A DNA stretch of 64,000 bases, from positions 62,001 through 126,000 of the forward strand of contig NIVC01002017.1 of the NCBI GenBank assembly GCA_002269645.1. Direction: 5' to 3'. The notes under the pieces were generated by a model. The model was not told the origin of the DNA and searched no databases. It saw nothing but the letters and a program-made list of their open reading frames with translations. The number at the start of each line of letters is the position of its first letter. Position 1 is the first letter of the stretch. Shown here piece after piece: positions 45,201 to 55,400 of this stretch. This DNA comes from Macrostomum lignano (taxonomy: Eukaryota). The translations under genes and the position numbers were made by a program.

Positions 45201-48130
45201 TTAACTGTTCATACACTTTTAGAAGCATTTGCTCAGGTTAATAAGCACTGTGACAGAAAGGTTTCAGTACCCAGGAAAAATCTACTCACGGCCAGACATC
45301 ACTCGAGACAGCTCTCTGGCGTTGCGAGGCAGAACTCCGAAGCTGAAGCGTCCAGCAACCGCGCCCTTGATGAACGACATCACCTGGATTGTAAAGAAGC
45401 AATAGTCAACGTATGGCCACTAACAAATAACGAAAATCAATCGGCAATATCGATAATTATACAGTACGTACTTTTGACGCCAATTTCATTCCGAGTTTGG
45501 AGAAGCGACCTCGAGTCCTCGTGGCGAGAGATTTGTACACATTTCCCGGTCGGCCGCACAGATTTCCAGAAGCAACAGTGAAGAAGCGGATGTTCTTGGA
45601 AGACAGCAGGCTGGCGACAGAGCTCTGCAAGTGGGCGTCCTTGGCGGAGGCATCGGTGAACAGGAACAGGACCGAGTTGCGGTCGGCGGCAGCAGCGGCA
45701 TCGCGAACTCCTTGCAGAGCCATCTCAGGACAGTCGCCACCCCCGTGAGGACGGACGCGTCTCAGGAACGCGAGTGCCTGGTGGGCGTTCCTTGTCTTGA
45801 GCACGTTCCGCCTGTAGGGATCTCCGTACGTACCAAGAACGTAGTTATTGAAGCGCTTGTTCGCCCTGATGATGCTTTGAATGTGGTTCCTGACGGCTGT
45901 GATCACGCGGCCCATGCTGCCGGTGTCATCGACAACGAAGATCAGCGATCCTCGCTTTCCAGGTCGGGGAGCAACAGGCTTGCATGAGCAGACCTTTCGC
46001 CTTCGGAAGCTGACCCTTTCGCCTCTTCGGCATCCTAAAGTAGCATTTAATTTGGCGAAAACATGTAGATTTGCATTATACAAATTTTAATATCTATCGC
46101 AGAAGGATCTTACTTCTTGGCGGTTTTGGTTTCTTTCCGCCACCACCTCTGCACTTGTAGTGACGAACCACGCGGCATCCGCAGCCTAAATGGATTGAAA
46201 AATTCAATAAATGAAGAGTCATGCTTGCTTTTAAGCTATAAAACGTAGCTTGTGTAATCGTTCGAAATTAAGAGAAAGAAAAAAATACTTTCAATTCTTT
46301 TACTCACGACCAGACATTACTCGGCGTAGTTCTCCAGCATTTCGAGGAAAGACGCTAAAGCTGTAGTGTCCCGAAACAGCCTTGCGAATGAAGTGCATTA
46401 CCTGCAAATTTTTATCCAAAATAATACAATGTAGCCATGACAGTACACATAATACTCAAAAAAAATCTTTCCCAGCTTAAGAGTTAATGATGCACTAAAT
46501 TTACGGGTTACTGTAAGTTATAGATCAAAACTTACGGATTTGGTATATGCGTTGCCCAACTTAGAAAACCGACCTCGAGTCCTCGTGGCGAGAGATTTGT
46601 ACACATTGCCCGGACGGCCGCACAGATTTCCAGAAGCAACAGTGAAGAAGCGGATGTTCTTGGAAGACAGCAGGCTGGCGACAGAGCTCTGCAAGTGGGC
46701 GTCCTTGGCGGAGGCGTCGGTGAACAGGAACAGGACCGAGTTTCGGTCGGCGGCAGCAGCGGCATCGCGAACTCCTTGCAGAGCCATCTCAGGACAGTCG
46801 CCACCGCCGTGAGGACGGACGCGTCTCAGGAACGCGAGTGCCTGGTGGGCGTTCCTTGTCTTGAGCACGTTCCGCCTGTATGGATCTCCGTAAGTAGCGA
46901 TGACGTAGTTGTTGAAGCGCTTATTCGCCCTGATGATGCTTTGAATGTGGTTCCTGACGGCTGTGATGACGCGGCCCATGCTGCCGGTGTCATCGACAAC
47001 GAATATCAGCGATCCTCGCTTTCCAGGTCGGGGAGCTACCGGCTTGCAGGAGCAGACCCTCTTGCTGGTGGCAACTGGCCTGCCTCCACCGGGGCATCCT
47101 GTGAATTTCAAGCGCAATAATTTTTTCAGTACGAGTATTTGTAGCTGAAACTTAACCAACAAACGAAATGCAACCTGCAAGCTGAACGGGATTAAATGTG
47201 AGTGTCAAATCGCAAAGTCCTCCCTAATCTGCGTAACCCCGCTTGCTTGGTCCGGAGCTCCGGGTGTGTTTGTAGCCCGGTCAATATAGCTATAGCCGTC
47301 CGCTCTTGTATACGCATATGCTGTATCTACGGTGTCTTACAGCAGTTTAGGGTAAGATGCTTTGAAGCCACATTAAGCGTAAGCATAGAAAAAGGACGCG
47401 TCAGCCTCGCAGTCAGCGTCCAAGTCTCCGCTCTCTAAATAATTCTACACGTAGGTTTTCTAAATGACGTAATAGGAGTATTGATTTGCAGGGGTCAGAA
47501 AACTTCTTTTTCTCAAGGGAGAGAAGAGGAAAGGGGAGAAAAGAGCAGAGAGCTGAGAAGAGACACAAACCCCTTCATTTAAGGTGGGTCGCCATCACAA
47601 ACCCGAAAAATCACGACTCCGAAAAGCGCTTTCCAAAAAAGCGGTTTATAATGGGCGTTGCTATTTTATTTTCCAGAGTTATGATATTTCGCGTTTGTGA
47701 TATTTCGGGTTTGCGATATTTCGGGTTTATGATATTGCGGGTTTATGATATTTCGGGTTTATGATATTGCGGGTTTATGATATTTCGGGTTTGTGATATT
47801 TCGGGTCTATGATATTTCGGGTTTGCGATATTTCGGTTTTGTGGTATTTCGGGTCTATGATATTTCGGGTTTGTGATATTTCGGGTCTATGATATTTCGG
47901 GTTTGTGATATTTCGGGTCTATGATATTTCGGGTTTGTGATATTTCGGGTTTGTGATGCCCCCATTTAAGGTGACATGACATTTTTAGCGGCCTTTGCAC
48001 ATGCACAATGGGAACAGCAAACCCCGCGGCGGAGCAAACGTCACCCGGAAAACTTACGCGGCATGCTTCGCCCTTCGCTCACCGCCAGGATGACCAGGGC
48101 AAGCGCCAGAAACTTCAGTAGATGACGCAT
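36293..48130 (-). CDS. Secreted protein with 8 tandem hemicentin/VWA7-type vWA modules, Pro/Arg linkers, a Ser/Thr stalk and a C-terminal VWC/SVWC-like domain (~2180 codons if intact; four units carry 1-nt deletions as assembled)
   Basis: Signal exon 48130-48058 (MRHLLKFLALALVILAVSEG); vWA exons 47098-46536, 46185-46114+46034-45472, 43757-43084, 42556-41890, 41362-40697, 40171-39505, 38977-38310, 37782-37115, each followed by a 94-nt exon (93 nt in the last unit); terminal exon 36795-36293. Motifs LIFVVDDTGSM, GGGDCPEM, FLFTDASAKD; terminal CIDP..YKPGQSW..C..FKC. Confidence 0.88.
44030..44610. mobile_element. Foldback/MITE-like element: ~85-bp imperfect inverted repeats around a (GACTA/GACTG)n microsatellite
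   Basis: GAGAATTTCCC..CCTGTCGGAATTTCAAGTCAAATC (44048-44130) is mirrored by GATTTGACTTGAAATTCCGACAGG..GGGAAATTCTC (44518-44607); pentamer array ~44165-44500. Confidence 0.75.
47586..47962. mobile_element. Small TIR element (Mutator/Foldback-like) with 10-11-bp TSD and an internal 16-bp tandem array
   Basis: Direct repeats CATTTAAGGTG at 47576-47586 and 47963-47973; CATCACAAACCCGAAA versus TTTCGGGTTTGTGATG at the ends; GATATTTCGGGTTTGT array ~47690-47955. Confidence 0.75.
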
Positions 48131-48235
48131 TAAGCTTAGTTTTGCCTGCTTTTTGTGACTTTACTAAAGCGGCTGGACATTTAATTAAAAAAATGAAATG
48201 TTGGGCGCATAAGACTTGATGCAGCGGGACCTCGC

Positions 48236-48242
48236 TTTTATA
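48236..48242 (-). promoter_or_regulatory. TATA box of the multi-vWA gene
   Basis: GAGTATAAAAGCG on the minus strand, 106 nt upstream of the signal-peptide ATG. Confidence 0.65.
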
Positions 48243-48454
48243 CTCATCTGCTCAGGCACAGCCCCCGCCTCTTCTGGCGGCACGTTTTTGCCGCACGAGT
48301 GGCAAAAAGCAGCCTAGCTAATTGTGTTTTGCTTTCACGTTTTTCATCCCACTTGATTTTACAGTGGCACCGAGGCTACAGCTTGAGGGGGTTTGCTTCA
48401 TTCCCTCAGTCTATTGTTAAGACGCAACTGTTTTTATCTGTCAGTGGAGCGTAA

Positions 48455-48458
<4 letters not shown>

Positions 48459-48514
<56 letters not shown>
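48459..48514. repeat. (GA)n microsatellite
   Basis: Directly visible. Confidence 0.95.
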
Positions 48515-48518
<4 letters not shown>

Positions 48519-49540
48519 CAGCAGGTAGCTTAAGGTAATCTTCTAGAGAGTCTGGAACAGTTGTGCCTGCTTGCTTGTGAGTTTCAAGAGCCCCGTGGAC
48601 TGTGTAAAATTCCAGATGAAAAATTTCACATCAAACCTGTTTACAGCGTTCTTTCTTTCACTGTTGGTCCTTAGCCTCCAGCAATTCGTGCTCAATTATG
48701 TCAGCTGACACGTGCTCGTGCTCACAGAGGCTGGACAGAAGCCTCGATCTTTATTGCTATATTTTTGTCTACAGCTTGCAGCTTGATTAATGACAGAGTA
48801 TAGAAATGGCAAAGGTAAAGAAATTCGGTTCAAGTAAACAAAAACTGCAAAGCTTGTTTTAACAGTAACCCGACGGATGGCGCCTTTCCACTCAAAACGG
48901 TTCTTTACGCCGTGCAGTCTGTGGGTAAATTGATGTCAACTCTAGCTCACTATTCCAGACGGCTAATTCTGCTGAGCCGAACGATTGACCATAGATATCT
49001 GCGTGGCGCTGCAGTTCAGGACTGATGACCTGCATGGCAGGCCATCCGCTAATTCAGCAGAAGCAAAGACACGGTATTACGCTGTGGTTCAGATAATTAA
49101 ATTTATGAAAGAGAACAGAACCGTTATTAAAGTGAATATTTTTTTACTTTTTACTCAATCTGACAAATAGCAAAAAGTGCCTGCGGTTTCAACAAGAACT
49201 TTAAAAATTCGAATACGAAGATAAACTTTCGGGAATTTACCATGTCAATTACTGAGAACGAAATGCTGCAAGAATCAACATATAGAGTTAATTCAATTGT
49301 GCTATATTCGATTATTTATTTGATTTGCTCGTAATTTATTAGTCAGAAAACGATTTAGCACAATTGAATTTATTTTATTATGTTGAATCTCGCTTTCGTG
49401 TATCTACTTTTTATCAAGCGAGCTACTTTACCTAAAAGAGATTTAAATAACAGAGTATAGCAGAAATTTCAACTCGTTTTCTGCCAGTACCAGAGTTGAC
49501 CATTAGCTGACGCACAGTTGTGCGCAGAAATGAGAGAAAT

Positions 49541-50091
49541 TTAGCGGAACCCACCAGCCTTCGAATACAAAATCCAGCAATTGTGCACTCCCTGAAGTAG
49601 CAGGTGAAAACCTAGGCGGTGAAACCAACGGTAAGTCTTACGACAGGCCAAGTACGGCTGTAGAGAACCATCCAGCCTGTCCACTCCGCCAATGTTCTTG
49701 GAGTAAACAACAGCCGTAATCGGCTTTGTTACCACCTCTTGCTGACCGCCACGTCGAATTCGGGTGATCTCGGCGGTACCAGCAATGCTCCTGGTGTCAA
49801 TGAAGTTAACCGTCTTAACTCCACTCCACTTTGCAGCCAGCTGCCGTAGACAGTCTGGAATCCCGCGATCTTGTCGAACTGTGCCCGTCAGAAATGAGGA
49901 TTTAGACAGCAGGAACTTGCAGGAACCTTTTTCCTCGTTGACGCAGGTGCACTTGCCAACAGCTCTCTTTCAATGTCTTCATTTGTGATCATCTTAAAGC
50001 GTTGGACTCCTCCGTTCTTCTCTTCGTAGAAGTCGAGCAGCTCCGCAGAAATAAAAAACTCCGACGGGTTTTGAGAAGCTCTATTTTCCAT
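49541..50091 (-). mobile_element. piggyBac-like transposase remnant (internally deleted)
   Basis: KPITAVVYSKNIGGVDRLD..Y..RK..RW..LGFHLL...HNCWILY matches the piggyBac C-terminal catalytic block; no intact ORF and no TIRs located. Confidence 0.7.
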
Positions 50092-50405
50092 GTCAATTGA
50101 TTCAGTTTATTAATTGATTGATTTAGCCTCGCAGAATATCTTCACGGCCATATACACATTTTGGGGAGGGTCCCAGGCTGGGCTATGCCCAAGGTTAAAT
50201 ACGACACTACCCCCCAAAAACGTTTCTTTGGCCATGAAATTATTACTCAGTTCGTGTCAAGCAACAGAAATTCTAAAGTACTCGGGCCAATAAATAATTT
50301 ATTGGCCCGGCCAAATAAATTTCTTTCGCATCAAAGAAATGCTTTTCTTAGTCTATGACCGGGCCTAACTGGGTAATAAAAATAATTTTCTTCCCTTTCT
50401 TATTG

Positions 50406-50436
50406 GCCACCCCGAAGGGTGGCAGAAGATTGCTAG
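50406..50436 (+). mobile_element. Helitron-like 3' terminus (GC hairpin + CTAG)
   Basis: GCCACCC-CGAA-GGGTGGC stem-loop, 9-nt spacer, CTAG, followed by T. Confidence 0.5.
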
Positions 50437-51184
50437 TCCACTATACTAAAAATAGTTTGTCTCTATGTATCTACCTGTAAGTATCTATGTTTATAAACCA
50501 TCATTCGTTTTAAGCCTTCAACATACGCTTAGGCCACCGAGTTCGCCAGATTTCATTTTTCAACAGAAAATCGTACATATAATTTAATTGTTACTTTTTT
50601 ATTTTTAAAATAACAATAATTGTAATTAACTATTTTTAGCAGTTAAAAAAACAATCTACTACATGTAAATCACAGTCGAGAGCAATTTTATTGACACGAG
50701 CGTAAATTTGAGCTGAGTTTAAATTAACAAATTTGGCCAAATAATAAATTTACACTCTTCTTCTAACTGTAATCGAAAAAAATTACTCTACTTATACAGT
50801 TAAAGCTGTTCTTAGGGCTGTCTGACCTCTGACCTTAGATTAGACCCTGGAATATCGACAGGCAAGTGTTAATAGACAGTAAAACGACAGCGCAACCTGA
50901 AGTCCAAGAATATTCCGCATTATTGTACAAATCAGCAACAAACTCTTAGCGCTGTCAACATCAGCATGCAAAAGTATTGCGAAAAAATAGATTTAGCAAT
51001 CTGACGAAGCGGACAATTAAGTTTCAGACATAATAAATTATTTATATTCAATACTGGCTGCCGAAATCTATATTAAAACTTTTATATACTACTAATGGTA
51101 GCTTTAACCGAACTTTAACAAAACCGGTTAGAAAATAACAATTTGTGATGCTACGTATGGTGCAGGATCGGAATATACACTCAC

Positions 51185-52430
51185 TAAAATGGGGGTCAGT
51201 TGACTGCCATTACTCTTAGATTAACTAAGGGGGAGGGTCAGTTGACTCTTCTGACTCTCAGACTAACTAAGGGGGAGGGTCAGTTGACTCTTCTGACTCT
51301 TTGACTAACTAAGGGGGTCAGTTGACTCTTCTGACTCTCAGAGTAACTAAGGGGGTCAGTTGACTCTTCTGACTCTCAGACTAAGTAAGGGGGGGTCAGT
51401 TGACTTCCATCACTCTCAGCCTAATTAACTAAGGATAGATTGATTCTCCTGACTCTCAGAGTAACTAAGGGGGTCAGTTGACTCTTCTGACTCTCAGACT
51501 AACTAAGGGGGTCAGTTGACTCTTCTGACTCTCAGACTAAGTAAGGGGGGGTCAGTTGACTTCCATCACTCTCAGCTTAATTAACTAAGGATAGATTGAT
51601 TCTCCTGACTCTCAGAGTAACTAAGGGGGTCAGTTGACTCTTCTGACTCTCAGACTAACTAAGGGGGTCAGTTGACTCTTCTGACTCTCAGACTAAGTAA
51701 GGGGGGTCAGTTGACTTCCATCACTCTCAGCTTAATTAACTAAGGATAGATTGATTCTCCTGACTCTCAGAGTAACTAAGGGGGTCAGTTGACTCTTCTG
51801 ACTCTCAGACTAACTAAGGGGGTCAGTTGACTTCCATCACTCTCAGCTTAATTAACTAAGGATAGATTGATTCTCCTGACTCTCAGACTAACTAAGGGGG
51901 TCAGTTGACTCTTCTGACTCTCAGACTAACTAAGGGGGTCAGTTGACTTCCATCACTCTCAGCTTAATTAACTAAGGATAGATTGATTCTCCTGACTCTC
52001 AGACTAACTAAGGGGGTCAGTTGACTCTTCTGACTCTCAGACTAAGTAAGGGGGGTCAGTTGACTTCCATCACTCTCAGCTTAATTAACTAAGGATAGAT
52101 TGATTCTCCTGACTCTCAGAGTAACTAAGGGGGTCAGTTGACTCTTCTGACTCTCAGACTAACTAAGGGGGTCAGTTGACTCTTCTGACTCTCAGACTAA
52201 GTAAGGGGGGGGGTCAGTTGACTTCCATCACTCTCAGCTTAATTAACTAAGGATAGATTGATTCTCCTGACTCTCAGAGTAACTAAGGGGGTCAGTTGAC
52301 TCTTCTGACTCTCAGACTAAGTAAGGGGGGTCAGTTGACTTCCATCACTCTCAGCTTAATTAACTAAGGATACGCTCGTAGATTGATTCTCCTGACTCTC
52401 AGAGTAACTAAGGGGGTCAGCTGAACCCCC
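51185..52430. repeat. Higher-order minisatellite of three related ~36-42-bp monomers, just 3' of TMEM104
   Basis: Monomers AACTAAGGGGGTCAGTTGACTCTTCTGACTCTCAGACT, ..GTCAGTTGACTTCCATCACTCTCAGCTTAATT and AACTAAGGATAGATTGATTCTCCTGACTCTCAGAGT recur in ordered blocks. Confidence 0.9.
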
Positions 52431-52468
52431 CCCCCCCAGTTACATATTAGTTAAGCGAGGGCTAACCT

Positions 52469-55400
52469 TCAGTTCAATTGCAGCGTCAGAGCCGGCCGCA
52501 AGCCGGACACCCTGGGTCCAGCAGCGGTCACATTGGCCAGTGCAGCATCCTCCATCAGGTGATCGGCCGTGACCAGAGCCATGCACGCCAGTGTCCAGCC
52601 GAGTATAGCAACCAGACAGGCCGGATGACCGAACGGGCTGACGTGAATCGGCGCGTAGCGACTGTCGGCATCGAGTGGCGGCAGCTGCGAGGCGGCCTTC
52701 CTCCTGCTGTAGTGCAGCAGCAGAGCTGGCACAGCGTACTGCAGCAGTGCGCCAGCGTATGAGCCTGTGTAATTCACCAGAGCGTCCACGCTGCTAGTGA
52801 CGAAAGCCAACGCCACAGGCGGCCCGACTGCCAGCAGAGGAAAAGCCGCCTTCTCTACTAGCCAGTGAAACTGCCGACCGTTGCTGCCGCCGCCGGCGCG
52901 CGACCGAATCAAGCCGAACAGAGCTTTCAAATTGCCGCGCAAAGTGATGGCGATGATTGGGAAAGAGGTGCTCAGCGCGAACACGGGGAACAGGGCCAGG
53001 AAATAGCGCACTGGCTGCCACACCTGGGTGAAGAGTTCGTGAGAAAGGAAGCTGGCTCAGTACTCGTAGGCTTATAGAAAATTGTAAATATGTTTTTATA
53101 TTTTACAATGGGTCGCATCATCGAAGACGGTAAAATTGGGCAGATGTGCAACCGACAGCTCAGCCGCAGCTATTTGCGCGGCGCATCTGAAGGCTGCGTA
53201 CGGCTGTTCAGTCCAAGGACTGGGGGCCGCCACATACACCCTCAATTACCCCAGCTAATGCTGGCAGACATTTTACAGCTGGGTGAACTGAAGCAATGCA
53301 GAGTTAAGTGTCTTGCTCAATGACACAAATTGTTCCAGTGGGATCGGGAATCGAACCCCCAACCTTCAACTCGTGAGTCCAACGCTCTAACCACTAGGCC
53401 ACAAATACAAGCCCCTATGAGAAGGGATGAGAAGAAACATGCATAAATCATAAATCTGCGACGCAAACTCCGGACCTCCAAATGGACTGCTCAAACCTGT
53501 TCTATCAGTGGGCTGCTACCCCCATCCTACCTGTTCTATCAGAGGGTGGCTACCCCCATCCTACCTGTTCTATCAGTGGGCTGCTACCCCCATCCTACCT
53601 GTTCTATCAGAGGGTGGCTACCCCCATCCTACCTGTTCTATCAGAGGGTGGCTACCCCCATCCTACCTGTTCTATCAGAGGGTGGCTACCCCCATCCTAC
53701 CTGTTCTATCAGTGGGCTGCTACCCCCATCCTACCTGTTCTATCAGTGGGCTGCTACCCCCATCCTACCTGTTCTATCAGAGGGTGGCTACCCCCATCCT
53801 ACCTGTTCTATCAGTGGGCTGCTACCCCCATCCTACCTGTTCTATCAGAGGGTGGCTACCCCCATCCTACCTGTTCTATCAGTGGATGGCTACCCTATCC
53901 TAATCAGTGGGTTGCTACCCCCAAGTAGCCGGCGAGGTATTCACACGTTCAAAGCAAACGCAAGTTGCTCCCGCCTTTTACCCGGCACAGAAGATCAGTC
54001 AAACTCACCCCAATAGCCAGCCGCCTTCCTGGCTGAAAGTTAAGCGTGTACAAATCTTCCAGATGGCCGAACGCGAATATGCCAGTATAGGCCAGGCTAA
54101 GGTAGAACACTAATATTAGCGAGAAGTCGGCCAGCAGTACCAGACGCAGATGGCGTTTAGGCGACATGGGAGTGAGCAGGGCAGGCAGCGAGTGGTGGCA
54201 CATGAAAGAGTACACGGATGCGCCGAACAGCTGGGGAATTCTTGTCCAATTAACTGGGCCTGAATCAGTTATTGGCGGTTGCGAGGTTGCACTGGTCAAC
54301 GGTGTTGCCAAAAATAGTTCATTATTTTTAAATGTCAGAGGTTCAAGTTAGCCAATGGTTTATACACAGGCAGTAGTACGTGCTACAAGCTGATGCGGAT
54401 AACAAATTAGCAACCATATTTGGCGGTTGAAATTACAACAAATAACAATTTAGCAGGATAGGTATAGGTATAGGTAAGTATAGGTAACAGGATGCTTATA
54501 CTAGAGAATATCTAGATAACAGGGTGTCATTACTAGAGAATATCTAGATAACAGGGTGTCATTACTAGAGAATATCTAGATAACAGGGTGTCATTACTAG
54601 AGAATATCTAGATAACAGGGTGTCATTACTAGATAATATCTAGATAACAGGGTGTCATTACTAGATAATATCTAGATAACAGTGTGTCTATACTAGATAT
54701 GTCTAGATAACAGTGTGCCTATACTAGAGAATATCTAGATAACAGGGTGTCATTACTAGAGAATATCTAGATAACAGGGTGTCATTACTAGAGAATATCT
54801 AGATTACAGGGTGTCATTACTAGAGAATATCTAGATAACAGGGTGTCATTACTAGATAATATCTAGATAACAGTGTGTCTATACTAGATATGTCTAGATA
54901 ACAGTGTTCCTATACTAGAGAATATCTAGATAACAGGGTGTCTATACTAGATAATATCTAGATGGCAGGGTGTCTATACTAGAGAATATCTAGATAACAG
55001 GGTGTCATTACTAGAGAATATCTAGATAACAGGGTGTCATTACTAGAGAATATCTAGATAACAGGGTGTCATTACTAGAGAATATCTAGATAACAGGGTG
55101 TCTATACTAGAGAATATCTAGATAAAAGGGTGCCTATACAAGATAATATCTAGATAACAGGGTGTCTATACTAGAGAATATCTAGATGGCAGGGTGTCTA
55201 TACTAGAGAATATCTAGATAACAGGGTGTCATTACTAGAGAATATCTAGATAACAGGGTGTCTATACTAGAGAATATCTAGATAAAAGGGTGCCTATACA
55301 AGATAATATCTAGATAACAGTGTCTATATTAGAGAATTATGAGAATATCTAGATAACAGGGTGTCTATACTAGATAATATCTAGATGGCAGGGTGTCTAC

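Noticed and set aside
37100-47180. Reading the vWA units as eight separate single-exon genes, as the ORF track suggests
   Set aside because: Units lack their own signal peptides, their apparent stops lie just past GT donors, and the phases join into one transcript.
53341-53402. tRNA gene
   Set aside because: A and B boxes are present but there is no complete cloverleaf or terminator, and the sequence runs into a CORE-like SINE body.
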